From an uncultured Lachnospiraceae bacterium (GTDB taxonomy: Bacteria > Bacillota > Clostridia > Lachnospirales > Lachnospiraceae): DNA of 64,000 bases. The notes under the pieces are model-generated. The model was not told the DNA's origin and made no database searches. It worked only from the letters and a program-made list of their open reading frames with translations. This document shows, piece after piece, positions 19,924-30,599 of this stretch. Position 1 is the stretch's first letter. Each line of letters starts with the position of its first letter. The translations under genes were made by a program, and so were the position numbers. The DNA lies in NCBI GenBank assembly GCA_900317505.1, contig ONHB01000015.1, positions 15,831-79,830 of the forward strand. Direction: 5' to 3'.

Positions 19924-20562
19924 ATGGATAAGATGAATGAAAACAACAAGGCAACCGTCATGGGAGAAATAGTAGGAGCATTTACGTTCAGTCATGAGAT
20001 ATACGGAGAGGGTTTTTACATGATTGACCTGCTGGTACCGCGTCTGTCAGACAGTGCAGATCTGATACCGCTTATGGTTTCGGAAAGACTGATCAATGTA
20101 AATGACAACTACGAGGGCATGAAGGTACGGGTATCCGGACAGTTCCGGTCCTACAACCGTCATGAGGAACGGAAAAACAAACTGGTGTTGTCTGTGTTTG
20201 TAAGAGAGTGGGAGTTCATCGATGAGGTCGAAAGAAGTGAGATGACCAATTATATTGAGCTGGATGGGTTTATCTGCAAGGAGCCGGTTTACCGCAAGAC
20301 CCCGCTTGGAAGGGAGATCGCCGATATTCTGTTAGCAGTCAACAGACCGTATGGAAAAAGCGATTACATTCCCTGCATCAGCTGGGGGAGAAATGCCAGA
20401 TATGCCAATGATTTTGAGGTTGGCAGCCGCTGCCATATCATCGGACGCATCCAGAGCCGGGAGTATATGAAAAAAATCTCCGAGGATGAGGTCGAAAAGA
20501 GGATCGCATATGAGGTTTCAGTCAGCAAAATGGAGCTGCCGGTAGAGGATACGGTGTGCTAG
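19924..20562 (+). CDS. hypothetical protein with two internally duplicated ~100-aa modules (possibly an OB-fold, SSB-like)
   Basis: The two halves share a pattern (..GE/K..Y....G.....L.V.R..G.SD.IP......R......G..V.V.G...S). I could not assign a family confidently. Confidence 0.5.
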   Translation: MDKMNENNKATVMGEIVGAFTFSHEIYGEGFYMIDLLVPRLSDSADLIPLMVSERLINVNDNYEGMKVRVSGQFRSYNRHEERKNKLVLSVFVREWEFIDEVERSEMTNYIELDGFICKEPVYRKTPLGREIADILLAVNRPYGKSDYIPCISWGRNARYANDFEVGSRCHIIGRIQSREYMKKISEDEVEKRIAYEVSVSKMELPVEDTVC

Positions 20563-20688
20563 GAAAAATCGGTCGAAAAAGAATATAATTGCCAGAAAAA
20601 CAAATTTATGCTATGATTCAGCCGGATATGACATTTGGACAGAAAGTGACAAATGATCTGAATGAAAGAAAATGATGGTGGGTGGATC

Positions 20689-21180
20689 ATGAAAAATGGA
20701 AAGATTCATATTTATACAGGCGATGGGCACGGCAAGACGCCGGCCGCTTTAGGAGAGGCCCTGTATGCAGCTTCTGCGGGAAAGCAGGTTGTTGTGATTC
20801 AGTTTATGAAGGGAAAAGGCATTTTTGAAAACGACTATGTCAAAAGGCTGGAGCCTGAGATCAAATTTTTCTGCTTTGAAAAGACGGAAAGCGAATATGT
20901 TGATCTGAATGATGAACAGCGGGCAGAAGAAAATATCAACATCCGGAATGGTTTTAATTTTGCAAAAAAGGTCCTGTCAACAAACGGATGTGATTTACTG
21001 ATCTTAGATGAGATTTTAGGAGTGCTGGACGTCGGTGTAATTACCGTCGAGGATTTAAAAGGGCTTTTGGAAGCCAAATCCGACGAGACTACGATCATTA
21101 TGACCGGAATCCAGTTAAAGGATGAGGTCGTTTCCCTGGTGGACGAAATTTCCAAAATTGAGTCCATGCCTATTGCATAA
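20689..21180 (+). CDS. cob(I)yrinic acid a,c-diamide / cob(I)alamin adenosyltransferase (CobO/BtuR-type)
   Basis: The N-terminus MKNGKIHIYTGDGHGKTPAALGEALYA, with a P-loop-like GDGHGKT, matches the CobA/CobO family. The ORF-track start at 20662 is an N-terminal over-extension. Confidence 0.8.
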   Translation: MKNGKIHIYTGDGHGKTPAALGEALYAASAGKQVVVIQFMKGKGIFENDYVKRLEPEIKFFCFEKTESEYVDLNDEQRAEENINIRNGFNFAKKVLSTNGCDLLILDEILGVLDVGVITVEDLKGLLEAKSDETTIIMTGIQLKDEVVSLVDEISKIESMPIA

Positions 21181-21255
21181 ATAGGAAAAGAGTGATATTC
21201 TTTTAGTATCTGATGCGGATACATATATCGGTCTGCACAGATGTACCAAACATAT

Positions 21256-21470
21256 ATGAAGAGATAGAGGTTGCGTTTTTTATCAGTATTCATCCGGATG
21301 TTCAGGAGCAGAGGAAAGATGATGAAAGGGAAGGACGCCGAAAGGGGATATTTCCTGACAATATTTTCCTTGGGCATGCAGTTAAGAGCTGTATGACTGT
21401 CATCGGTTTCGATGGGGGGCTATCAAAGGTTAGAAAGATATGCCGTTTCCCGATGGAGACGGCTTTTTCG
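21256..21470 (+). promoter_or_regulatory. lysine riboswitch (L-box) with terminator, in the dapA-dapB leader
   Basis: gaagagatagaggttgcg matches the conserved L-box 5' element GAAGAUAGAGGUGCG. Further matches are ggaaagatgatg, gaaagggaaggacgccgaaagggg (compare GAAAGGGGAGCGUCGCCGAAG) and gactgtcatcgg. A terminator hairpin gccgtttcc..ggagacggc plus ttttt follows at ~21441-21470. Confidence 0.7.
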
Positions 21471-21555
21471 ATATTATAACCCGGCAATTTCTTTTTATAT
21501 GGGATACGCATGAGCCATCATGCACATACATATGATAATTTAGGAGGAAAAAAGG

Positions 21556-22443
21556 ATGGCTATTTTTACAGGCGCAGGTGTTGCTATTGTCACACCTTTT
21601 CATGAGGATGGAAGCGTTAATTATGAAGCATTTGCAGAGCAGATCGAGCTTCAGATCGCAGGAGGAACAGATGCCATTATCGTATGCGGTACGACAGGTG
21701 AATCTTCCACACTGACACACGAGGAGCATCTGGATGTGATCCGCTACTGTGTAAAACAGGTCAACAAGAGGATCCCGGTTATCGCAGGTACCGGTTCTAA
21801 TTGCACAGAGACTGCAATCTACCTTTCACAGGAAGCAGAAAAAGCCGGCGTGGATGGATTGCTGATCGTGACACCGTATTACAACAAATGTACCCAGAAG
21901 GGACTGTATGAGCATTTCAAAATGGTTGCAGAAAGCGTAAACCTTCCGATCATTCTGTACAATATCCCCGGACGTACCGGCGGTGTGCTGATCCAGCCCG
22001 AAACAGTTGTTTCACTGTGCAGAAATGTGAAAAACATTGTAGGTGTCAAGGATGCGACAGGCAATATTTCAGGAGTTGCCAAGGTATTACAGTTAGCAGA
22101 CGGTGACGTGGATCTGTATTCCGGAAATGATGATCAGATCGTGCCGATCCTTTCTTTAGGCGGCAAGGGTGTTATCTCCGTTCTTTCCAACGTAGCACCG
22201 AGACAGACACATGATATCTGCCAGCTTTATTTTGACGGAAAAGTAAAAGAGAGTGCAGCATTACAGCTCAAGGCACTTCCGGTAATCGACGGACTGTTTT
22301 GTGAAGTCAATCCGATCCCGGTTAAAAAAGCCATGAACCTGATGGGATTAAATGCCGGACCGCTTCGCCGTCCACTGACCGAGATGGAAGAAGAGCATGC
22401 AGCAAAGCTTGCTGATGCGATGAAAGCATTTGGTATTTTATAA
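21556..22443 (+). CDS. dapA: 4-hydroxy-tetrahydrodipicolinate synthase
   Basis: DapA/NAL family. The GTTGE motif (CGTTGESSTLT) and the typical length and active-site region (IVPY..YNIPGRTG) are present. Confidence 0.95.
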   Translation: MAIFTGAGVAIVTPFHEDGSVNYEAFAEQIELQIAGGTDAIIVCGTTGESSTLTHEEHLDVIRYCVKQVNKRIPVIAGTGSNCTETAIYLSQEAEKAGVDGLLIVTPYYNKCTQKGLYEHFKMVAESVNLPIILYNIPGRTGGVLIQPETVVSLCRNVKNIVGVKDATGNISGVAKVLQLADGDVDLYSGNDDQIVPILSLGGKGVISVLSNVAPRQTHDICQLYFDGKVKESAALQLKALPVIDGLFCEVNPIPVKKAMNLMGLNAGPLRRPLTEMEEEHAAKLADAMKAFGIL

Positions 22444-22611
22444 TTTCACATATTATGTAAACTAAAATAAGCCGTGGAGTTATCTGCGGCTTATACTTTA
22501 ATGACATGATATCAGGGTCAAAAGGTCAAAAAGTCGTTCGTGCTTGTACGATAAGACTTTTGAACTTGGGACCTCGTTGATATCAAGTTAGTAAAAAGAG
22601 AGGACCAGATC

Positions 22612-23370
22612 ATGACAAAAATAATTATGCATGGCTGCAACGGAGCCATGGGACAGATGATTGCCGGACTTGTTGCGGCAGATGAAGACGTAGAAATTGT
22701 TGCCGGAGTTGATATTAATACCGAGCAGAAAAATAATTTTCCGGTTTTTGCTTCCATTGAAGACTGCAATGTGGAAGCAGATGCAGTGATCGATTTTTCC
22801 CACATCAGCTGTGTGGAAAAGCTGTTAAACTGGTGTGCTGATAAAAAGATGCCGGTTGTACTGTGTACGACAGGTCTGACAGATGACATGATGGACAAGG
22901 TAAAAGAGACAGCCACAAAGACAGCGGTTTTAAAATCAGCCAATATGTCGCTGGGTATCAATATGCTTTTAAAGCTCTTAAAAGAAGCAACCGCAGTTTT
23001 GGCACCTGCCGGTTTTGATATTGAAATTGTGGAAAAGCATCACCGCAGAAAACTGGATGCTCCGAGCGGAACAGCACTGGCACTTGCCGATTCGGTCAAT
23101 GAAGAATTGAACAATGAATATGAATATGTCTTTGACAGAAGCAGCCGCCGTGAGCAGAGACCCAAAAAAGAAATCGGTATTTCTGCAGTGCGCGGAGGAA
23201 CCATTGTCGGAGATCACGATGTGATCTTTGCGGGTGAGGATGAAGTTATCACATTTTCACATACCGCATATTCGAGAGCTGTATTTGGAAAAGGAGCGAT
23301 CCAGGCTGCCAAATTTTTAAAAGGAAAAGAGCCGGGGCTTTATAATATGAGCCATGTTATCGATGGTTGA
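22612..23370 (+). CDS. dapB: 4-hydroxy-tetrahydrodipicolinate reductase
   Basis: N-terminal Rossmann motif ([10 protein letters not shown]) and the DapB C-terminal domain ([18 protein letters not shown]). Confidence 0.9.
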   Translation: MTKIIMHGCNGAMGQMIAGLVAADEDVEIVAGVDINTEQKNNFPVFASIEDCNVEADAVIDFSHISCVEKLLNWCADKKMPVVLCTTGLTDDMMDKVKETATKTAVLKSANMSLGINMLLKLLKEATAVLAPAGFDIEIVEKHHRRKLDAPSGTALALADSVNEELNNEYEYVFDRSSRREQRPKKEIGISAVRGGTIVGDHDVIFAGEDEVITFSHTAYSRAVFGKGAIQAAKFLKGKEPGLYNMSHVIDG

Positions 23371-23384
23371 TTAAGGGGTTAATA

Positions 23385-25343
23385 ATGGACGAATTAGAAT
23401 TAAGGTACATCAAGAGTCTGGCAAAGCAGTATCCGACGATTGCCGCGGCAAGTACGGAGATTGTCAATTTATCTTCGATCCTGAACCTGCCAAAGGGCAC
23501 GGAGCATTTTTTGACAGACATTCATGGGGAATATGAGCAGTTCAATCATGTATTGAAAAACGGATCCGGTTCGGTCCGCCGCAAGATTGACGAAGAATTT
23601 GGAAATACTCTGAGCAATAAGGACAAAAAAAGTCTGGCGACGTTGATCTATTATCCCAACGAAAAGCTGGATATTGTCATGAAAGAGGAGGACAATCTGG
23701 AGGACTGGTACAAGATCACACTGTATCGTCTGGTGCAGATCACAAAGCGTGTTTCCTCCAAGTATACGCGTTCCAAGGTCCGCAAGGCGCTGCCAAAGGA
23801 TTTTGCATATGTCATAGAGGAGCTGATCACGGAAAAGGCCGAGGTGCAGGATAAAGAGGCTTATTACAATGAAATCGTGCACACGATCATCCGGATCGGA
23901 CGGGCTCCGGAATTTATTGTTGCACTTTGTGAGCTCGTACAGAGGCTTGTCATCGATCATCTGCATATCGTGGGTGACATTTATGACAGAGGTCCGGGGC
24001 CGCATATCATCATGCGGACATTGCGCTATTATCATTCGGTGGATATCCAGTGGGGCAACCATGATGTTGTCTGGATGGGAGCTGCGTGTGGACAGCCGGC
24101 CTGTATCGCTACGGTGATCCGTATGGCTGCACGGTATGGCAATCTGGATTCACTGGAAGAGGGCTATGGTATCAACTTAATCCCGCTTGCCACCTTTGCC
24201 ATGGAAAAGTACAAGGACGTTGACTGCAGCGTATTCAATATCAAATACAACACCAATTACAATACCAAGGATCTGACGCTTGACATGAAGATGCACAAGG
24301 CCATCTCCATCATACAGTTTAAGCTTGAAGGCCAGATCATCATGCGCAGACCGGAATTTGAAATGGAAGACCGCCTGCTTTTGGATAAAATTGATTTTGA
24401 TAAAAAAACAGTCTGTATCGACGGTGTGGACTATCCGATGAAGGATACGGATTTCCCGACAATTGATCCGGCCAACCCATATCAGCTAAGCCACGAGGAA
24501 GAAGAGGTTGTAGAACGTCTCGTCCAGGCCTTTAAACGCTGTGACAAGCTGCAGAAGGATATTCGTTTCCTGTTTTCAAAGGGAAGCATGTACAAGGTGT
24601 ACAATTCCAATCTGTTATTCCACGGCTGCGTGCCGTTGGATGAAGAGGGCAATTTCTTAAAGGTCAATCTGTTCGGAAAAGAGTATGCCGGAAAGGCCTT
24701 ATATGACGCTTTGGACAACTACGCGAGAAAAGGCTATTACGGCAACCGTGATTCGGATGAAAAGCTGAAAGGACAGGATATCATCTGGTATATCTGGGCA
24801 GGTCCCAAATCACCCGTATTTGGCAAGGACAAGATGGCGACCTTTGAACGTTATTTCCTGGATGATAAGGAAACCCACAAGGAAAAGAAAAATGCCTATT
24901 ACCGTCTGTATGACAGAGAAGATATCCTCAATAAGATTTTAATTGAGTTTGGTTTATCAACAGAAAAATCCCATATCGTCAATGGTCATGTGCCTGTTGA
25001 ACAAAAAAACGGCGAATCACCGATCAAGTGCGGCGGAAAGCTTTTAGTCATTGATGGCGGATTTAGCAAGGCATATCAGAGTAAAACCGGAATTGCGGGA
25101 TATACGTTGGTTGCCAATTCGCACGGCATGCGGTTAGTTTCACATGAACCATTTGAATCCGCTGAAACAGCAATCAAAAATGAATCCGATATTTTCTCCG
25201 ATTCCATTATTGTTGAGACCAGTGCTGCCAGACAGCGGGTTGCCGACACCGATATCGGCAAGGAATTAAAGGTCCAGATCCACCAGCTTGAAGAGTTGCT
25301 TGAGGCTTACCGCGAAGGTATCATAGTAGAGAAAGATGTATAA
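23385..25343 (+). CDS. fbp: fructose-1,6-bisphosphatase class 3 (Firmicutes type)
   Basis: About 650 aa. The N-terminus [29 protein letters not shown] aligns to the Bacillus Fbp N-terminus. It carries a metallophosphatase-like core. The ATG at 23385 has an AAGGGG ribosome-binding site. The ORF-track TTG at 23367 overlaps dapB. Confidence 0.9.
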   Translation: MDELELRYIKSLAKQYPTIAAASTEIVNLSSILNLPKGTEHFLTDIHGEYEQFNHVLKNGSGSVRRKIDEEFGNTLSNKDKKSLATLIYYPNEKLDIVMKEEDNLEDWYKITLYRLVQITKRVSSKYTRSKVRKALPKDFAYVIEELITEKAEVQDKEAYYNEIVHTIIRIGRAPEFIVALCELVQRLVIDHLHIVGDIYDRGPGPHIIMRTLRYYHSVDIQWGNHDVVWMGAACGQPACIATVIRMAARYGNLDSLEEGYGINLIPLATFAMEKYKDVDCSVFNIKYNTNYNTKDLTLDMKMHKAISIIQFKLEGQIIMRRPEFEMEDRLLLDKIDFDKKTVCIDGVDYPMKDTDFPTIDPANPYQLSHEEEEVVERLVQAFKRCDKLQKDIRFLFSKGSMYKVYNSNLLFHGCVPLDEEGNFLKVNLFGKEYAGKALYDALDNYARKGYYGNRDSDEKLKGQDIIWYIWAGPKSPVFGKDKMATFERYFLDDKETHKEKKNAYYRLYDREDILNKILIEFGLSTEKSHIVNGHVPVEQKNGESPIKCGGKLLVIDGGFSKAYQSKTGIAGYTLVANSHGMRLVSHEPFESAETAIKNESDIFSDSIIVETSAARQRVADTDIGKELKVQIHQLEELLEAYREGIIVEKDV

Positions 25344-25346
25344 ATA

Positions 25347-25395
25347 AAAAGAAAATACTCAAATTCAAAAGAAGATGGGTATTTTCTTTTTTTAT
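25347..25395 (+). terminator. rho-independent terminator after fbp
   Basis: The hairpin gaaaatac..gtattttc is followed by tttttttatttc. Confidence 0.5.
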
Positions 25396-25541
25396 TTCTA
25401 CATATAATATAGGAAACTGATTTAACAGGTCAAATTTGTTCGACAAAAAACACAATACATGTTATAATACAACCATATTTTGTTAAATAGTTATCGAATA
25501 GACTTGTATCAATACAAATTGTCAGATAATAATATCTGCAG

Positions 25542-25943
25542 TTACTGGTTAGCGGTGTTATTTTTTGTAGTTGTCTGGTTGGTCTGATCAGCCTGATTTG
25601 TATTATCGGTATTACCAGTCATATTATCAGATGCGTGATCTACTCCGTCGGTAACATCATCCGTTACGTCTTTTACAGCATTTCCGGCATCGTTTATGAT
25701 ATCTCCGGCAGCATTTCCGACATCATCGACGGCATCTGTTACACCATCCACAACATCATTTGCACCATCAGCTACATCGTCAGCCACATTGTTTTCAGGT
25801 TTTGTCTCATCTGCATTGTTTTCTGTTTTGTCGGCAAAATCTGTTGAATTGTTTTTATTTGATGACTGGTTGTTGCCGCAGCCGGTAAAGCACAAAATCA
25901 TAGTTGACAGCAGTACAAAAAATAATATTTTTGATTTTTTCAT
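25542..25943 (-). CDS. small lipoprotein, Asp/Asn/Thr-rich and low-complexity
   Basis: A signal peptide with a lipobox (LCFTGC-G), then repeats of the DDVxDGV type. Confidence 0.6.
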   Translation of the reverse strand: MKKSKILFFVLLSTMILCFTGCGNNQSSNKNNSTDFADKTENNADETKPENNVADDVADGANDVVDGVTDAVDDVGNAAGDIINDAGNAVKDVTDDVTDGVDHASDNMTGNTDNTNQADQTNQTTTKNNTANQ

Positions 25944-26127
25944 GAATAGTAAACTCCTTTCAAAGTGTTGTTATGGGAATACTATTTACAGATTTCCTTT
26001 TTTTATACATTTGGAACAATATTTTTTTAACATATTTATTCAAAATCCGCTGATTGGACGAAGGCTGCTTTTAAGATGCAGAGCCGGCAGATCAGGGATT
26101 GAGGATGACAAAACAAGGAGGGGAATT

Positions 26128-26901
26128 ATGCAGTTTAGACCGTGTATCGACATTCACAACGGAAAAGTAAAGCAGATTGTAGGAAGTACCTTGGGGGGAA
26201 ATGTCCAGGAAAATTTTGTTTCTGCCAAAAATGCCACGTATTATGCGCTTCTTTACAAGAAGTACAATATCAAGGGCGGGCATATCATTTTGTTAAATGG
26301 TCTGGATGATCCGTTTTATGCAGTGACCAAGATGGAGGCTGTGGATGCGCTCAATATATATCCGGGCGGCATGCAGGTCGGCGGCGGTATCAATGCCGAC
26401 AATGCGGCTGAATTTATCAATGCCGGGGCATCCCATGTGATCGTGACTTCCTATGTGTTTAAGGATGGAAAGATTGATTATGACCATTTAAAGAAACTGG
26501 TGGATGCAGTTGGAAGAAAACATATCGTGCTGGATCTGAGCGCCAAGAAATATCCGGAGGGCTATGTGATCATGACAGACCGCTGGCAGGTGAAAAGTGA
26601 TATTGTGATCAATGCGGCACTTTTAGAGGAATTATCCCTTTATTGTGATGAATTTCTGGTTCACGCGGTGGATGTGGAAGGCAAAAACCACGGCATAGAG
26701 CAAAATCTGGTCAAGACCTTAGCTGATTATCGCGGCATTCCTGTTACCTATGCGGGTGGCATCAGTTCCTATGAGGATATGAAGGTCTTAAGAAAGATCG
26801 GTAATAACCGCATCAACATGACGGTCGGAAGCGCATTGGATCTGTTTGGCGGAAGACTGGAATTTAAAAAGATCGTTGCAGAATATCACGATAAGGTATA
26901 A
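26128..26901 (+). CDS. hisA: ProFAR isomerase, eukaryotic His6-type HisA
   Basis: The N-terminus MQFRPCIDIHNGKVKQIVGSTL closely resembles yeast His6 (FxxCIDLHNGxVKQIVGGTL). The protein is 258 aa with a (beta-alpha)8-barrel length. AAGGAGGGG sits ahead of the ATG at 26128. The ORF-track start at 25696 is an artefactual upstream extension across the antisense lipoprotein gene. Confidence 0.75.
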   Translation: MQFRPCIDIHNGKVKQIVGSTLGGNVQENFVSAKNATYYALLYKKYNIKGGHIILLNGLDDPFYAVTKMEAVDALNIYPGGMQVGGGINADNAAEFINAGASHVIVTSYVFKDGKIDYDHLKKLVDAVGRKHIVLDLSAKKYPEGYVIMTDRWQVKSDIVINAALLEELSLYCDEFLVHAVDVEGKNHGIEQNLVKTLADYRGIPVTYAGGISSYEDMKVLRKIGNNRINMTVGSALDLFGGRLEFKKIVAEYHDKV

Positions 26902-27070
26902 GCATCAGGAGATAAGAAGTGTTATGATAATAAAAATAGCCATGGACATAAGCCCATGGCTATTTCTTTTTGTAATCCGTTAAAACAATATTGCAAATTT
27001 AAATCAAATCTTTTGAAAATTTATATTCAAAAAGGCACATTGAAAAACTGATTAGATGTTATAAATCGAA

Positions 27071-27307
27071 TTATAACTTGGTTACGTTTACTGCCTGAGG
27101 TCCTTTTTCACCTTCAACTACATCGAATTCTACAGCAGCGCCTTCTTCTAAGGTCTTGTAGCCTTCCATGTTAAGTCCTGAATAGTGAACGAATACGTCA
27201 TTACCTGCTTCGTCAGAGATAAATCCGTAACCTTTGGGGTTATTAAACCATTTAACTGTACCTTTCATGTTGATACCTCCGATAAATATAGTGTTGCTTA
27301 ACAACAA
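27071..27307 (-). CDS. cold-shock protein, CspA family
   Basis: [17 protein letters not shown] with the RNP1/RNP2 motifs. The protein is 78 aa. Confidence 0.9.
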   Translation of the reverse strand: MLLSNTIFIGGINMKGTVKWFNNPKGYGFISDEAGNDVFVHYSGLNMEGYKTLEEGAAVEFDVVEGEKGPQAVNVTKL

Positions 27308-27361
27308 TCAAAGAATAGCATACAGGAAATAAAAAGTAAAGAAATATTTGTGCCTGATTTA

Positions 27362-27667
27362 TTAGCTTGGATCGGATGCATCATGTGGAATACGGTTGAA
27401 TACCAGCTCATAGCCGTCGCTGCCGTAATTGAGTGAACGGTTGACACGGCTGATGGTGGCTGTGGACGCACCGGTTTTTTCCGCAATTTCCAGATATGTT
27501 TTTTTGTCGCGCAGCATACGGGCTACTTCGTAGCGCTGGGAGAGTGATAACAGCTCATTGACAGTGCATAAATCCTCAAAAAAAGCGTAGCACTCATCTT
27601 TATTTTCTAATGCTAAAATTGCCTGAAAAAGAGAATCGACAGATTCATTTTTAATTTTTTTATTCAT
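27362..27667 (-). CDS. YerC/YecD-like TrpR-family DNA-binding protein
   Basis: About 100 aa. The motif LSQRYEVARMLRDKKTYLEIAEKTGASTATISRV matches the Trp repressor-like HTH of the YerC family. Confidence 0.75.
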   Translation of the reverse strand: MNKKIKNESVDSLFQAILALENKDECYAFFEDLCTVNELLSLSQRYEVARMLRDKKTYLEIAEKTGASTATISRVNRSLNYGSDGYELVFNRIPHDASDPS

Positions 27668-27925
27668 GGAAATAACCTCTTTTACTTTAACACTGTGAAA
27701 TTTTAATGTTTTAACATGTGATATTTTAGCACAATCTTGTAAAAAGGTAAAGTCTGCGAAAGTTGATTTGTAAATTCTATTTATGGATTACAGCCATTGT
27801 ATATAGACAGGAAGACTAAAAATATTTACAAATAGTTTTCGATACTATATAATATGATATAAGTGTTGAGAATATAAATTATGTCTGCACTCATCAAAGA
27901 TACATTCATAACCGGAGGCGGAATT

Positions 27926-28525
27926 ATGACGATTGATAAAAATGATTTATTGAAGAGCATTTTAGAGAGCTTGAGCCGGATTGAGCATATAAAAAGTGAA
28001 GATATACCGGATATTGATCTGTACATGGATCAGGTGACGACCTTTATGGACCAGCATCTGAGAGCGACGACACGTTATCCGGATGAGGACAAGATCCTGA
28101 CAAAGACCATGATTAACAATTATGCCAAAAATGATCTGCTGCCGCCGCCTGTCAAAAAGAAATATTCCAAAGAGCACGTGCTGGTGCTGATCTTTATTTA
28201 TTATTTCAAGGGTGTTTTGTCGATCAGCGATATCAAGGCATTGTTAAAGCCGATTACGGAGCCGTACTTTGGCAAGGATTCGGATCTGACCCTGGAGGAT
28301 ATTTACAATGAAGTATTTTCTTTGGAAAGTGATCGTTTGGACAGCATGAAAGAGGATGTCATCAAGATGTTTCATGAGAGTGAAAAGACCTTTGCCGATG
28401 TCGAGGACAAGGATTTTCTTCAGAAGTTTTCCTTTATCTGCATGCTCAGCTATGATGTCTATGTAAAAAAACTGATGATTGAAAAGATAATCGATGAAAT
28501 GAAGTCAGATGTTTCTGAAAAATAA
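27926..28525 (+). CDS. DUF1836-like conserved hypothetical protein
   Basis: An ATG with a GGAGG ribosome-binding site sits at 27926, inside the longer ORF 27881..28525. The sequence (LPPPVKKKYSKEHVLVL) recalls the Firmicutes DUF1836 family. Confidence 0.55.
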   Translation: MTIDKNDLLKSILESLSRIEHIKSEDIPDIDLYMDQVTTFMDQHLRATTRYPDEDKILTKTMINNYAKNDLLPPPVKKKYSKEHVLVLIFIYYFKGVLSISDIKALLKPITEPYFGKDSDLTLEDIYNEVFSLESDRLDSMKEDVIKMFHESEKTFADVEDKDFLQKFSFICMLSYDVYVKKLMIEKIIDEMKSDVSEK

Positions 28526-28603
28526 TTGATTGCGGTTTGCATCCGGATATTGCCTGAAATGACAATACCGGATACAGACCGCTTTTTTGTTGTGACAAAG
28601 CTT

Positions 28604-29599
28604 TTATTTGGCGGCTTTTTCTGCATAGACCGTTGTGACTAAGTCCTCATACGGAACGGTCTTTTCGAGCTCGCCGGCATCGGTTAAAATGTCCTGTAAA
28701 AGCGTGAAGCTATCTTTTTCAAAGATCAGATTGTCTTTCCATGTATCCTGGGATTTGTAACGCTCTACGATCGTGGCAATCGTGGAAATCTCTGTTTCTT
28801 CAAACTGCGGAGCAATGGCTTTTGCAATCTCTTTGGAAGAGTGTGAGTTTACATAATCCATGCCTTTCTGCAGGGCATTGGTAAATCCCTGAATGACTTC
28901 GGGATTTTTTTCCATATAACTGCTCTTGGCACTGAAGGCGGTATAGGGCACATAGCCTGAATCGACGCCAAGGGATGCAACGATGTAGCCGTCGCCTTTT
29001 TCCTCCAAGGAAGTGGCAAATGGTTCAAATTCAACCGAAAAGTCGCCCTGACCTCCGGAAAAAGCAGCAGCTGTGGAACCAAAATCAATACTCTGGTCGA
29101 TCGATAAATCGGTTTTAGGATCGATATTATTCATTTTTAAAATATATTCAAATACCATTTCCGGCATGCCACCCTGGCGACCGCCAAGCACATTTTTACC
29201 TTTCAGATCTTCCCACTTAAACTCATCCATAGGTTCTCTTGCAACAAGGAAGTTGCCGGCACGCTGTGTCAGCTGCGCAAAGTTTACGACATAATCGTCG
29301 GTGTTGCCAAGGTAAGTGTATATGGTGGCCTCGCTTCCCATAAACCCGATGTCTGCCTCACCGGACAAAACAGCGGTCATGGTCTTGTCAGCACCAAAAC
29401 CGGTGACAAGCTCAAGATCAATGCCCTCGTCAGCAAAATAGCCTTCCTCAATAGCCACATACATTGGCGCATAAAAAATGGAGTGCGCAACTTCGTTGAG
29501 TGTGACCTTTTGCAGGGAGCTTTCTTCTTTTCCGCACCCGATCAGTATCGTGGAAAAGAGCATGCACATCATTAGTAACAGACTGATTTTCTTTTTCAT
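28604..29599 (-). CDS. ABC-transporter substrate-binding lipoprotein, NMT1/THI5-like (SsuA/TauA/ThiY class)
   Basis: A signal peptide with a lipobox (LIGCG), then an NMT1-like periplasmic binding fold. No permease or ATPase gene is adjacent. Confidence 0.8.
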   Translation of the reverse strand: MKKKISLLLMMCMLFSTILIGCGKEESSLQKVTLNEVAHSIFYAPMYVAIEEGYFADEGIDLELVTGFGADKTMTAVLSGEADIGFMGSEATIYTYLGNTDDYVVNFAQLTQRAGNFLVAREPMDEFKWEDLKGKNVLGGRQGGMPEMVFEYILKMNNIDPKTDLSIDQSIDFGSTAAAFSGGQGDFSVEFEPFATSLEEKGDGYIVASLGVDSGYVPYTAFSAKSSYMEKNPEVIQGFTNALQKGMDYVNSHSSKEIAKAIAPQFEETEISTIATIVERYKSQDTWKDNLIFEKDSFTLLQDILTDAGELEKTVPYEDLVTTVYAEKAAK

Positions 29600-29702
29600 A
29601 ATTCCTCCTGAAAAATAAGTGTTTCTACTAATAGGATATTGGAAAGATTGTAAAAAGTTCCTGCTTATGCTATTCTCTCATGGGAACAGGAGGAAAAATA
29701 AG

Positions 29703-30599
29703 ATGTGGATGTGGCTTGTTTTGGTATATGGTTTGTTGAAGGGAGCCAGAGAGATCGTAAAGAAAAAATCCCTGCAGTACAGCTCGGTAATGGAAGTGTT
29801 GTTTTTTTATACGCTGTTTGCATTTCTGATGGTGGTACCGGATTATAAAAATGCGATGCATGTGCCGGTATCCATGCTTGGGTTTATCTTTTTGAAATCG
29901 CTCATCATTTTCTGTGCATGGATCCTGAGCTTTAAGGCAATCAAAAAAATGCCGATCAGCCTGTATGGAGTGCTGGATCTGTCCAGAGTTTTGTTTGCAA
30001 CCTTGCTTGGAAGTCTGGTATTGCATGAAGTTATGTCAACCAATCAGATTATCGGACTGATATTAGTTGCTGCAGGCTTACTTTTATTAAAGGTACGGAT
30101 ACGTCCGAAAAAGCTGTTGAAAAAAGACGGAGCATCTGATACGCAGGCAGAAGAGAAAGAGGATGTCAAACCGATCATTGTTATTTTTTCCCTGCTTTCG
30201 TGTATGTTAAATGCGGTATCCGGACTGATGGACAAGCTGCTCATGCGGGATCTGAACAGTTCACAGCTACAGTTTTTCTATATGTTGTTTTTAGTTCTGT
30301 TATACGGGCTTTACCTGTGTCTTGGAAAAGGCTTCGGAAAGGAAGAGGTGCATCTAAAAAGAGCGGCGAAAAATCCGTGGATCTGGCTTTTAGCCTTTTT
30401 ATTTGTCATTGCGGACAGGGCCTTGTTTGTGGCAAATGCGGATCCGGCAAGCAAGATCACGATCATGACTTTGATCAAGCAGTCCGGCTGTATTGTGACA
30501 CTGGCGGCAGGAAAATGGATCTATCATGAAAAGCATGTTTTGCACCGGGCATTTTGTACGGTACTTGTGGTTGCGGGAATCGTTGTCGCTGTTTTGTAG
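29703..30599 (+). CDS. EamA/DMT family transporter
   Basis: Ten predicted TM helices in two EamA-like repeats. The ATG at 29703 has a GGAGG ribosome-binding site. The ORF-track start at 29619 is an over-extension. Confidence 0.75.
   Translation: MWMWLVLVYGLLKGAREIVKKKSLQYSSVMEVLFFYTLFAFLMVVPDYKNAMHVPVSMLGFIFLKSLIIFCAWILSFKAIKKMPISLYGVLDLSRVLFATLLGSLVLHEVMSTNQIIGLILVAAGLLLLKVRIRPKKLLKKDGASDTQAEEKEDVKPIIVIFSLLSCMLNAVSGLMDKLLMRDLNSSQLQFFYMLFLVLLYGLYLCLGKGFGKEEVHLKRAAKNPWIWLLAFLFVIADRALFVANADPASKITIMTLIKQSGCIVTLAAGKWIYHEKHVLHRAFCTVLVVAGIVVAVL

Noticed and set aside
21213-21479. 88-aa ORF upstream of dapA.
   Set aside because: It coincides with the lysine-riboswitch aptamer and terminator. It has no ribosome-binding site and no protein-like composition.
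25696-26127. N-terminal 144-aa extension of the ORF-track hisA ORF (25696..26901).
   Set aside because: The extension is a low-complexity S/T/A translation running antisense across the lipoprotein gene and lacks a ribosome-binding site. The homologous HisA N-terminus and a strong AAGGAGGGG ribosome-binding site are at 26128.
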